The notes beneath the pieces are model-generated. The model was not told the origin of the DNA and did no database searches. It was given only the letters and a program-made list of their open reading frames with translations. The position numbers and the translations under genes were made by a program. 64,000 nt of DNA from a bacterium (GTDB lineage: Bacteria; Zhuqueibacterota; Zhuqueibacteria; Residuimicrobiales; Krinioviventaceae). Every line of letters begins with the position of its first letter. Positions within the stretch are counted from its first letter, which is position 1. This document shows positions 1 to 8,946 of the stretch, piece after piece. The stretch lies in the NCBI GenBank assembly GCA_963675755.2, contig CAXXMD010000003.1, positions 1,632,001-1,696,000 of the forward strand. The letters run 5' to 3'.

Positions 1-593
1 GGCACGCTACGAATGCGATATTGTTTATTATATTGATTTTTACCGGTTTTAGTCTGCATTTTGCAAATGAAGGATCTATACTCGATTTTGCGGTGGCTGT
101 GAATATTCACAATAATGCAGCGCGCTTGTTAATGCTTGCATTTGCTTTTTATCTGGCAATGAACTTTTTTGATGGAAATATAAAGCACTATATTCCGGGG
201 CCGCACAATATACATCAGCGTCTGTTGATACAGGCCCGGTATTATGTTTATGGAATATTCAGAGGTGAAGAAAAACCTTATCACTGTTCTGTAAAGCATA
301 AATTCAATCCATTGCAGCGTTTTAGTTATCTGGTTGTAATGTTCTTTTTATTCCCGGTTATTATTATAACCGGTTTACTGCTCATGTTCCCGGAACTTGC
401 ACCTATTGGTATTTTGGGAATTGGCGGATTGGGCTTTATCGCGCTTATGCACTATTTTGTTGCGGTGATGTTTGTGCTGTTTATGATTGTTCATATTTAT
501 CTGGGTACCACAGGCGACAAACCCGGCTTTTTGTATCAAGCCATTGTAACTGGTTACCATAAAGCGTTCCACCGTAAGGAAAATAATCAATAA
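1..593 (+). CDS. Cytochrome b/b6 domain membrane protein (PhsC / Ni-Fe hydrogenase b-type cytochrome family), 5'-partial
   Basis: The frame is open to the window edge (..HATNAILFIILIFTGFSLH). Four hydrophobic helices with heme-ligand His residues (IHNN, LMHY, IVHIY) and the 'KFNPLQR' motif. Confidence 0.8.
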   Translation, partial: HATNAILFIILIFTGFSLHFANEGSILDFAVAVNIHNNAARLLMLAFAFYLAMNFFDGNIKHYIPGPHNIHQRLLIQARYYVYGIFRGEEKPYHCSVKHKFNPLQRFSYLVVMFFLFPVIIITGLLLMFPELAPIGILGIGGLGFIALMHYFVAVMFVLFMIVHIYLGTTGDKPGFLYQAIVTGYHKAFHRKENNQ

Positions 594-616
594 CAAATTG
601 TATTTGTAATAAAAAC

Positions 617-645
617 TTGCTTCTTGTTTTCAGATGTGATATTTT
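617..645 (+). promoter_or_regulatory. Putative sigma70 promoter of the acyl-CoA ligase
   Basis: TTGCTT (617-622)-N17-TATTTT (640-645) with an extended -10 TG, upstream of SD AAGGAG and GTG at 672. Confidence 0.45.
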
Positions 646-671
646 ATTCTACTGAAAACAAGGAGCTTGTT

Positions 672-2354
672 GTGTTATCAAAACTTACCTTAAAAGCCTT
701 TTTAGACTATGTTATCTCCAGGCATGGAGAGTATTCTGCCATGACCCTCATTGGAGATGTACCCATCACCTATGAACAAGTGGGTGAAAAGGTAAAACAC
801 CTGTCTGCTATCCTGAAAAACAACGGTATCCAAAAAGGTGACCGTGTTGCTATTTTGAGCGAAAACCGGCCCAACTGGGTCATTACCTATTTTGCTGTGA
901 CCACCATGGGTGCGGTAGCTGTACCCATTTTGCCCGATTTTCAGCCTGACCAGGTTAGGCATATTCTCCGTCATTCCGCTTGCAAAGCCCTGTTTATTTC
1001 AGAACGACAATATGATAAGATTCAGCAGGAAGAACCGGTATCTGTAGATAATGTGTTTTTGATGGAAACGTTATCAAAAATCAATCCCAAAACCAGCCAG
1101 GATGGTATTCGTGAAATGCTCAAAGAGCGTTCTAAAGATTTTACACGATTGAAAAACGCGGCTTTGAAAATGGCGGGCAAAGGTGATGCCGAGATTGAAG
1201 AAGATGATCTTGCCTGTATTATTTATACATCCGGCACAACCGGTCATTCCAAAGGAGTTATGCTTTCTCACAAGAACCTTGTTTCGAATACTATAATTTC
1301 TACCGGTATTTTTGCCATTCAACCCACTGATCAAACGTTATCTATACTACCTCTTTCTCATACCTATGAATGTACAGTGGGTATGCTTGTGGTTTTTTAC
1401 GGAGGTGGAGTGATAAATTATTTTGATAAACCACCATCTCCACGACTTTTACTGGATGCAATGGCAAAAATTCGTCCCACGGTTATGCTAAGCGTTCCAT
1501 TGGTTATAGAAAAAATATTTAAAAACAGAATATTGCCCCAGTTCCAAAAATCTAAATTGATGCGGGCATTGTATCAAAATCCGGTAATGCGTAAGCAACT
1601 GCACAAAATTGCCGGTAAAAAACTGTACAAATCTTTTGGCGGACGTATGCGGTTTTTCGGCATTGGCGGCGCCAAGCTGGCTACGGATGTAGAGATCTTT
1701 TTAAAAGACAGCGGCTTTCCCTATGCCATTGGATATGGATTGACCGAGACCTCACCCCTGCTTGCCGGCGCAGCACCCGATGTTACCCGTATTGGCTCTA
1801 CCGGACCCGCGGGCCCCGGAGTGAGTCTTCGGATCGCTTCGCAGGATCCTTATCGTATTGAAGGTGAATTGCAGGCCAAAGGCCCCAATATTATGCTGGG
1901 GTATTTCAAAGACCCTGAACTGACCAAACAGGTTTTTACTCCGGACGGTTGGTTTAAAACCGGTGATTTGGCTATTTTCGACAAGGATGATTTTGTCTAT
2001 ATCAAGGGTCGTTCCAAGAATGTGATTATTGGTCCCAGTGGTGAAAATATATACCCGGAAGAGGTAGAAACCCTGATCAACCAGTGCGAGTATGTGCTTG
2101 AATCTCTGGTGTTTAATGATCGCGGTAAACTGGCTGCACGCGTACACCTGAATTACGATGCGATTGATACCGATTTCGCCTGTGAAAGCGAATTAGAGAT
2201 GAAAAAGAACATTCAGGAATTGCTTAAAAAGATCCGAAATGCAGTAAACGAAAAGGTTACTGCTTTTTCAAGACTGAACAAGCTTATTGAGCAAACAGAA
2301 CCGTTTGAAAAAACACCAACACAAAAGATAAAACGGTTTTTATATACCAGCTAG
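672..2354 (+). CDS. fadD: Long-chain-fatty-acid--CoA ligase (AMP-binding family)
   Basis: Motifs IYTSGTTGHSKG, GYGLTET, GWFKTGD and GRSKNVI. GTG at 672 follows SD AAGGAG (the ORF track starts at 624). Confidence 0.88.
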   Translation: MLSKLTLKAFLDYVISRHGEYSAMTLIGDVPITYEQVGEKVKHLSAILKNNGIQKGDRVAILSENRPNWVITYFAVTTMGAVAVPILPDFQPDQVRHILRHSACKALFISERQYDKIQQEEPVSVDNVFLMETLSKINPKTSQDGIREMLKERSKDFTRLKNAALKMAGKGDAEIEEDDLACIIYTSGTTGHSKGVMLSHKNLVSNTIISTGIFAIQPTDQTLSILPLSHTYECTVGMLVVFYGGGVINYFDKPPSPRLLLDAMAKIRPTVMLSVPLVIEKIFKNRILPQFQKSKLMRALYQNPVMRKQLHKIAGKKLYKSFGGRMRFFGIGGAKLATDVEIFLKDSGFPYAIGYGLTETSPLLAGAAPDVTRIGSTGPAGPGVSLRIASQDPYRIEGELQAKGPNIMLGYFKDPELTKQVFTPDGWFKTGDLAIFDKDDFVYIKGRSKNVIIGPSGENIYPEEVETLINQCEYVLESLVFNDRGKLAARVHLNYDAIDTDFACESELEMKKNIQELLKKIRNAVNEKVTAFSRLNKLIEQTEPFEKTPTQKIKRFLYTS

Positions 2355-2388
2355 AAATTAGAACATAAATACCAAGGGGAAACAGCGT

Positions 2389-2799
2389 ATGAGCGCGAAA
2401 AAGAAACAGCGTTTAAATTTTCTTATTTTTCTGCTGATTGCTGTCAATACCATATTTATTTCTTCCTGGTTTTATAAAAAGGCCCAGTCCGAACCGATTT
2501 CGTTAGAGATCTTGAACGGCTGCGGCAAACCGGGAATTGCCCAGAAATTTGCGGAAAAGCTGCAGGATTTTAATATAGTGCGGGTGGACAATGCAGAGCG
2601 CTTTGATGTGCCCAAAACCCGTCTGGTGGTGCGCAGCAAACGGTTGAAAAAGGAACTACCGCTTTTAGAAGCACGTTTAAACCTGCCAGAAGGCCGCCAG
2701 TTTTATTTAAATGATCCTTCCGCTATTGCCAATGTGACACTTATCATCGGTCAGGATTATGAACTGGTGCTGGCGGGGATGAGTACTCCCTCGCCATAA
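2389..2799 (+). CDS. LytR C-terminal domain (LytR_C) membrane-anchored protein
   Basis: N-terminal TM helix, 'LEILNGCGKPGIAQKFA' and 'VTLIIGQDY', typical of LytR_C. Confidence 0.8.
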   Translation: MSAKKKQRLNFLIFLLIAVNTIFISSWFYKKAQSEPISLEILNGCGKPGIAQKFAEKLQDFNIVRVDNAERFDVPKTRLVVRSKRLKKELPLLEARLNLPEGRQFYLNDPSAIANVTLIIGQDYELVLAGMSTPSP

Positions 2800-2895
2800 T
2801 ATTGAACCGGGGTAAACGTTTTTGTTCTTCGGGGCGTCAAAAAACCAAATACTTGTAGTTAAGTACAGAAAATGTAAATTGTACGATCCAGGGGC
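2777..2895 (+). repeat. Direct repeat, copy 1 (leader element)
   Basis: 2777-2856 matches 4585-4664 at 73/80 nt by hand alignment, with a 33-nt identical core. A second shared block, GTAAATTGTACGATCCAGGGGC, ends at 2895. Confidence 0.92.
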
Positions 2896-2985
2896 AGTTA
2901 TCGGGATTGAATAAAAAGGTTTTGGTACGACTGTCAAGTTGCATTATTGCTTAAAATCAGCTATTTAAAAGAAAAGGGGCGATTT

Positions 2986-4503
2986 GTGTTTTATTTTCAA
3001 AATCACAAAAATCATGTTATATTGTTCTTTTTTTTCCTTTGTTCTCAATTTTTATTTGCACAGCTGGATTTGCAACCTATTGAATCCTTATTCGAGACAA
3101 ATGATTTACAAATAATAGACTTTGTTTTTTGGGACACAGATATTCAAAATGAATCCCATTCTCCCTGGATAGTCATAAGAAAAGAGAGAGGAATAAAAGA
3201 TTTAATTGATAAGGACGGAAATGTATTGATCAAAGATTTTCATACATATTCTGTCTCCCCGAACCGACAATATATCACAGTTTTTAAGGTTGACTTTGAT
3301 AATAATACTTATTCAATGCAATTTTATAATAACGCTTTAGAAAAATTGTCTGAATTTCAAGCGAATATAGATTTTGGCACATCAGTACACAATTTTGTTT
3401 TTCATATGTTAAACAACGGACAATTTATACGATATCGAGGAAGAGAAAAAAGATTAGATATTTACGATAGGAAAAATTATTACATAAAGACTATTGAAAT
3501 TTTTCCTGACGAATTACAGACATCAGGTAAGACGTTTGATATTGCTTTTAATAAACAAGCAAGTGATATGGTTGTTTTAACAGAAAAAAAAGAATATGAA
3601 TTTTATGAAACTGGATTAAAAAAAGTGGAAACGATTATTGAAGAGAGACCTAAAAGTTTTCATTCTATACCCGGCACTGCTGTGAAATTGTCACCAGAAC
3701 AAGTTGAGTTGTTGAATAAAAGTAAAAATTCGAGTCAATCAGAGAAAGAATCTTTGAATAAAAAACTGGCTGAACGAAAACTATACAAAGCGCCATCAGC
3801 TTCTCAGCAACAAAATGACTTGAAAAATGATGCATTAATAAACCTGGCACTTGTTTATTATGATTCTTCCGGAGTGGAACAATGGAGAAATTACATTGAT
3901 TATCTTTATCCGCATAAACTGGAAATATCACCGGAAGGTGAATTTATAGTGGTTATTTCATTTGATATGTTTGACAATGAAGATTTTGTAAAATATGGTA
4001 TTTATCTTTTTAATAAAAATGGAATGTTGATAAACAAAATTGATCGTAAAATGGGGTCAAATACTGGAATTCCCAAAAGTTTTTCATGTTCATTTTCTCA
4101 AAATTCTGATTTTTGTTATATAAGTAATGCAGACTGGATTATCAAGATTGATACACAAACCGGTAATATATTATGGGAAAAAGAGTTCAACTGGGAAACA
4201 CGGACTGCAAAACCTATTATTAAAACCATTTATGATATTAGTAACTATAATTATGAACAGGAAGAATTTATATTTTTACTGGCCCCAGATGCTATGAAAA
4301 AAGGCGGGCAATGGGAATTAGTAAATCATGAAATTATTATATTAAATGATAGCGCTAAAGTAATAACACGTAAAACTGCTAGTGCAAAAAGTTTTACAAT
4401 GCGAAAAGCTTTGCGACAATTGGTTTATCTATCTGAAAGCACATCAGAGTTATATTTTTTTGATAATAATAATTTTTTTCATTCTCACATTATACCAGAA
4501 TAA
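2986..4503 (+). CDS. Hypothetical secreted protein, probably beta-propeller-like
   Basis: Long AT-rich ORF (track 2947..4503). GTG at 2986 follows AAGGGG, then a signal peptide ending 'FLFA'. Blade-like motifs 'SVSPNRQYI', 'EISPEGEFI' and 'IDTQTGNILWEK'. Confidence 0.7.
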   Translation: MFYFQNHKNHVILFFFFLCSQFLFAQLDLQPIESLFETNDLQIIDFVFWDTDIQNESHSPWIVIRKERGIKDLIDKDGNVLIKDFHTYSVSPNRQYITVFKVDFDNNTYSMQFYNNALEKLSEFQANIDFGTSVHNFVFHMLNNGQFIRYRGREKRLDIYDRKNYYIKTIEIFPDELQTSGKTFDIAFNKQASDMVVLTEKKEYEFYETGLKKVETIIEERPKSFHSIPGTAVKLSPEQVELLNKSKNSSQSEKESLNKKLAERKLYKAPSASQQQNDLKNDALINLALVYYDSSGVEQWRNYIDYLYPHKLEISPEGEFIVVISFDMFDNEDFVKYGIYLFNKNGMLINKIDRKMGSNTGIPKSFSCSFSQNSDFCYISNADWIIKIDTQTGNILWEKEFNWETRTAKPIIKTIYDISNYNYEQEEFIFLLAPDAMKKGGQWELVNHEIIILNDSAKVITRKTASAKSFTMRKALRQLVYLSESTSELYFFDNNNFFHSHIIPE

Positions 4504-4584
4504 AAAGTGATTGTCCGTTAGTCAGGCAAATTTATTGATATGAAATAATTAACAGGATATTGTATAATATATATTGTACAGTCA

Positions 4585-4720
4585 GGATGAGTGCTCCCTC
4601 GCCATAATATTAAACAGGGGTAAACGTTTTTGTTCTTCGGGGCGTCAAAGAACCGAACACATGTTCGATAAAATAGTTGTAAATTTTTAACCGAATACGT
4701 AATTTGTTCAATCCAGGGGC
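4585..4720 (+). repeat. Direct repeat, copy 2 (leader element)
   Basis: Paralog of 2777-2895, upstream of the lipoprotein/TonB-receptor operon. Confidence 0.92.
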
Positions 4721-4771
4721 TGAAATTCTGGAAAAATAGTTTCATTGATTTAAATAGAGCAGGGGTGTATT

Positions 4772-5668
4772 TTGCCGCGAATGGTTTTGAATTTATTCTT
4801 AATTGTTTTGCTGCATCTTTCCTGCACCCATGATCCGATACTGGTGGACCCGGATTCCATGGGTACGTATTATCTGATTAGCCAGATTTCACCCAATATT
4901 TCTCCAAACGGTGCAGTGGTAGGCTATGCATTGCCCGAAATTATGCCGAAGGATGTGAGCGGCGCAGAGGTTACCCTTTCGGGCAACGGACAGAACGTGG
5001 TACTGAGCGAGTTGCAACCCGGTGTATATGCGGATGAACAGGAGCAGGTCGATATTGTGCCGGGTGAACGGTACGATATTTCCGCGCGCATTAATGAGGA
5101 AGTGCTATTGTTTTCTTATACATATATACCTGGGGATTTTCAAATATTGAAAGAAGAAATGCCGGATACCTTGTTTTATTTGTTAAAAGGAATGTATTAT
5201 AAAAGATTTGATAAGTTTTTGTTTTTTGTTAAAGAGCTTGAATCACCTCTCATCAAATGGAGTAATAGTGAACATGCGTTTGTATATCAATTGACCTGGC
5301 ATGCAGATAAAAAATCTGAAACTTTGGATTCATTTGAAACATCTTCATATTTACCTGCAAATTATTATCCAAGGTACAAGCATTTTGACGACCCTGAGTA
5401 TTGCGAATGGGACAGTACCTGTGTATTTTCAATAACGGCATTTGATTCAACATACCTACCATTTAAAACAAATCCGCCTACAGATTTCAATAACCAAAAT
5501 GGCGGTATTGAAAAGTATATGACAGAGTGGGGTTACAATGAAGGTTATAACGACAATATAAAGGGCGGCGGTTTTGGGCATTTTTCATCAACACATACTA
5601 TTACAGATAGTGTTGTGGTCCGGTTTAAAAAGATCATTCTGGATGATATGGAGTTGGTACTTGAATAA
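4772..5668 (+). CDS. DUF4249-like lipoprotein, paralog 1
   Basis: Lipobox HLS-C, 'VSGAEVTL..G.Y', 'PGERYDI' and C-terminal 'NIKGGGFGHFSS'; located beside a TonB-dependent receptor. Confidence 0.75.
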   Translation: MPRMVLNLFLIVLLHLSCTHDPILVDPDSMGTYYLISQISPNISPNGAVVGYALPEIMPKDVSGAEVTLSGNGQNVVLSELQPGVYADEQEQVDIVPGERYDISARINEEVLLFSYTYIPGDFQILKEEMPDTLFYLLKGMYYKRFDKFLFFVKELESPLIKWSNSEHAFVYQLTWHADKKSETLDSFETSSYLPANYYPRYKHFDDPEYCEWDSTCVFSITAFDSTYLPFKTNPPTDFNNQNGGIEKYMTEWGYNEGYNDNIKGGGFGHFSSTHTITDSVVVRFKKIILDDMELVLE

Positions 5669-6521
5669 CTTTCGCTTAATAAAAACAACAGTCTTTCTGA
5701 TGCTAGGCATTCTTTCCTGCACCCACGACCCGATACTGGTGGAGCCGGATTCAATGGGTACGTATTATCTGATCAGTCAGATTTCACCCGATATTTCTCC
5801 AAACGGTGCAGTGGTAGGTTATGCATTGCCCGAGACTATATCGGAGGATGTTAGCGGCGCAGTGGTTACCCTTTCTGGTAATGGCCAGAGTGTGGTGCTG
5901 GATGAATTACAGCCCGGTGTTTACGCGGATGAACAGGAGCAGGTCGATATTGTCCCTGGACAGCGGTATGATATTTCCGCGCGTATCAATAAAGATGTAC
6001 TATTGTATGCCTATACCTATTTACCGGGAGAATTCCGTTTGTTAAAAGAAGATATGCCGGACACATTAGAGTACATTGTTCAGGGTTTTATAGACGGGGG
6101 TGGAACCTATTTTTTTCCAACGATATATGATCCTCCTCAGATAAAATGGACGAAAAGCAAATATGCATTTTCTTATTCTGTCCACATTAATTATAATGGC
6201 ATTGCTTCTTATGATACGGTTTCATCTTTACCCGGTGTGAGTTCTTTAAAGGGGATAAATGATCCAAACCAAATAATGTGGACAGAAAAATATCTGTTAA
6301 CAATTATTGCAAAAGATTCAACTTTTTTACCTTTTTCTAATCCATACGATACAGGTTTGAATACTAAAAATCCGGAAATTGATGATAAAATCAAAAAGGG
6401 GATGCATGCCGGGTATAACGATAATATTTTGGGAAATGGTTTTGGCCGTTTTTCTTCTCAATATGCCATTACGGACAGCATTATCATCCGGTTTAAAAAG
6501 GAGATATTGACCTTTGAATAG
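5661..6521 (+). CDS. DUF4249-like lipoprotein, paralog 2
   Basis: TTG at 5661 follows GGAG and overlaps the previous stop. Lipobox ILS-C. The N-terminal ~115 aa are nearly identical to paralog 1. Confidence 0.75.
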   Translation: MNNFRLIKTTVFLMLGILSCTHDPILVEPDSMGTYYLISQISPDISPNGAVVGYALPETISEDVSGAVVTLSGNGQSVVLDELQPGVYADEQEQVDIVPGQRYDISARINKDVLLYAYTYLPGEFRLLKEDMPDTLEYIVQGFIDGGGTYFFPTIYDPPQIKWTKSKYAFSYSVHINYNGIASYDTVSSLPGVSSLKGINDPNQIMWTEKYLLTIIAKDSTFLPFSNPYDTGLNTKNPEIDDKIKKGMHAGYNDNILGNGFGRFSSQYAITDSIIIRFKKEILTFE

Positions 6522-8940
6522 ATATATCATTGTTGTATTTGTTTTTGTGGCATTGCAATGGGCAGGCGCAAAAGAGATGATCAACGGCGTGGTGCAGGAC
6601 CGTGCCACGCGCCACACCCTGGCCGGGGCCAATGTGTTTTTCAGCAAGAGCGGTACAGGTGTTATTTCAGATTCGCACGGACGCTTTTCAATGCCGCCTT
6701 CCGAAATGGAGAACGATACCCTGATCATTCGATATATGGGTTACGAGTCCGCACGTATTGCGGCAAACGTTATATCGGCGGGGACCCATTATATTGAACT
6801 GGAGCGCAAGGTGCTGGTGTTGAACGAGCTGCGGGTAGAATCTGACCGCTACAAGGACGAGACCGTGGCATTGTCTTTGGAGCCGGGAGCGCTGCGCATG
6901 AATTTAAGCGATATTCGTACCGTGCCCTATACGTTACAACCGGACATAAACAATGCCCTGCAGTTCCTGCCCGGGGTGATCACCATGAACGAGCTCACCA
7001 ACGAGTTGAATGTGCGTGGCGGCAATCCCGATCAGAACCTGGTGCTGTTGGAAGGTGTGCCGGTCTATTATCCTTTTCACCTGTTTGGTCTTGCCAGCGC
7101 GTTCAATACCGATCTGGTGGGCGAAGTGCACTTTTCTCCCGGGGGTTTTTCTGCGCGCTATGGCAACCGACTCAGCTCGGTGTTGAATGTTAAAGCCCAC
7201 TCGCCGCAAAAAAAGCTAGAGATCAGCAGCGATCTCTCTATCATCGGCGCGGACCTTACGGCCAGCGGCAGGATCGGCAACAAGCTGGAATGGATCGTCT
7301 CGGGCCGAAAAAGCTATGTGGAAACCTTGTTCAAGAATCTGGGCGACGGTGTACCCTATGGCTTTTACGATGTGTTTGGCAAGATCGCCTATACGCCGCA
7401 CCCACGGCATACGATCTCGCTGATGGGTTTTAAATTCAGGGACAAATATTCTAAACACGACAAGAATGATCATACAATATATAATAATGAAAATTTAGAG
7501 GAACACGAATATTATAGCTATTATACAGAACATTACAATCGTTATTCATGGCAAAACACATTGGCAAGTGTGAAATGGGATTATCGTGTGACGGACAGGT
7601 TAAATGTTTCCACACAGCTCTATACCAGTGTTGCCGGTAATTCTTATGAATATGAGAATGAATTGGATATTCCCGACGATGTGCCGGATTGGGCCCAGGA
7701 AGAATTGCAACAGGCAAAAGATGATTTTATTTATCAAAAAGAAGAGGTTGCAAATGATCTGACTGATCATTCCATCAATATGCAGATGGATTGGGACGTA
7801 TCCAAAGCGTGGCGCTTGACTGCCGGGGCGTTGAAATCCACGTTCAAACCCGAATACGGTTGGGGTTCCAACTATCTGCCGGTATCGCCCTTGTGGGATT
7901 ACAATGAGCAGATCGGTATCTATTTTGATCAGGCGCCAACAGATGCTTTTGCATATACAAACAGTGCAAACATGTATACCGGTTTTGCCGAAGCGTTGTG
8001 GCAGCCGAAAATTCCCCTGACCGTGCGTGGGGGATTGCGCCTGACACGCTGGCAGGGGAACAGTAAGGTCATTCCCGAGCCGCGCCTGAACGCGAAATAT
8101 CAAATCAATCCAAACTGGTCGGTGACCGGCGCGTACGGACGCTATACCCAGGGATTAGCAACGGCACTTGAAGACGGGCTGGTGGGCTTTTTGCGGCTCT
8201 ATTTTCCGCTCAATGATTCGCTGCAACAGGAAAACGCCACCCACTGGATTGCCAATGTGGAATACGCCAAAGACAATACCCAGATCTCTTTAACATCCTA
8301 TTACAAGCAATACAGTAACCTAGTGCGCTCGGTAGGACCGGGACCTGATTTTATTCAACAGCCCGGCACCGCTTATGGCGTGGAACTGTTTTTGAAAACC
8401 AAACTGATGGGCTGGCAGAGTTGGTTTGCCGCAACGGTGGGCCGTACCTATCGCACCATTGCGGGTGTGAAAACCGATACCAACTGGGACCAACGCTATC
8501 GTTTCGATACCTATTTCTCACGTCCCCTGGGCAAAGGTTGGAAATTTTCGGGTTCTTTTGTGATATACAGCGGCGTACCCTATTATGCCGATGAATATGT
8601 ATCAGCCTATAGAAGGATCCCCTGGAGCAGTAACTGGACAGACATGGAGCAGGACTATTATGATGTAATATATATCGACGTACCACCGGGCAAAATCCGC
8701 CATCCGTGGTACCATCGCCTGGATGTGAGTCTGGAAAAAGAGTTCCATTTCAGCACCTGGCACATGTCGTTTTACGCCGGCATTCGCAACCTGTACGCGC
8801 GTAAAAATGTATTGTTTTATGAGGATTATGGAACGCTTTCGTACGATACCCGCAACGGCAAGTATGTGGATTATTATGTAAAGCACCCGTACACGTCTAT
8901 GCCGCCGATTCCCACGGTGGGTATACGGGTGGTGTATTAG
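6514..8940 (+). CDS. TonB-dependent receptor with CarboxypepD_reg-like N-terminal domain
   Basis: Signal peptide; plug motifs 'LQFLPGV', 'NVRGGNPDQNLVLLEG' and 'GGFSARYGNRLSSV'; barrel motifs 'EPRL', 'YHRLD' and 'NLYARKN'; C-terminal aromatic residue. Confidence 0.9.
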   Translation: MNRYIIVVFVFVALQWAGAKEMINGVVQDRATRHTLAGANVFFSKSGTGVISDSHGRFSMPPSEMENDTLIIRYMGYESARIAANVISAGTHYIELERKVLVLNELRVESDRYKDETVALSLEPGALRMNLSDIRTVPYTLQPDINNALQFLPGVITMNELTNELNVRGGNPDQNLVLLEGVPVYYPFHLFGLASAFNTDLVGEVHFSPGGFSARYGNRLSSVLNVKAHSPQKKLEISSDLSIIGADLTASGRIGNKLEWIVSGRKSYVETLFKNLGDGVPYGFYDVFGKIAYTPHPRHTISLMGFKFRDKYSKHDKNDHTIYNNENLEEHEYYSYYTEHYNRYSWQNTLASVKWDYRVTDRLNVSTQLYTSVAGNSYEYENELDIPDDVPDWAQEELQQAKDDFIYQKEEVANDLTDHSINMQMDWDVSKAWRLTAGALKSTFKPEYGWGSNYLPVSPLWDYNEQIGIYFDQAPTDAFAYTNSANMYTGFAEALWQPKIPLTVRGGLRLTRWQGNSKVIPEPRLNAKYQINPNWSVTGAYGRYTQGLATALEDGLVGFLRLYFPLNDSLQQENATHWIANVEYAKDNTQISLTSYYKQYSNLVRSVGPGPDFIQQPGTAYGVELFLKTKLMGWQSWFAATVGRTYRTIAGVKTDTNWDQRYRFDTYFSRPLGKGWKFSGSFVIYSGVPYYADEYVSAYRRIPWSSNWTDMEQDYYDVIYIDVPPGKIRHPWYHRLDVSLEKEFHFSTWHMSFYAGIRNLYARKNVLFYEDYGTLSYDTRNGKYVDYYVKHPYTSMPPIPTVGIRVVY

Positions 8941-8946
8941 AGAAAA

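Noticed and set aside
3028-3035. T8 tract in the signal-peptide region as a phase-variation site
   Set aside because: It is short, encodes Phe residues of the hydrophobic core, and is unremarkable in AT-rich DNA.
2707-4745. Two minus-strand ORFs (2707-2937, 4518-4745) sharing 'FFDAPKNKNVYP..ILWRGSTHP'
   Set aside because: The similarity is confined to the DNA repeat and neither ORF has a convincing SD. They are most likely shadows of the non-coding duplication, although a small peptide cannot be fully excluded.
4817-6062. Lipoprotein repeats as a DGR template/variable region
   Set aside because: Mismatches are mostly synonymous and not restricted to adenines, both copies are coding, and there is no RT.
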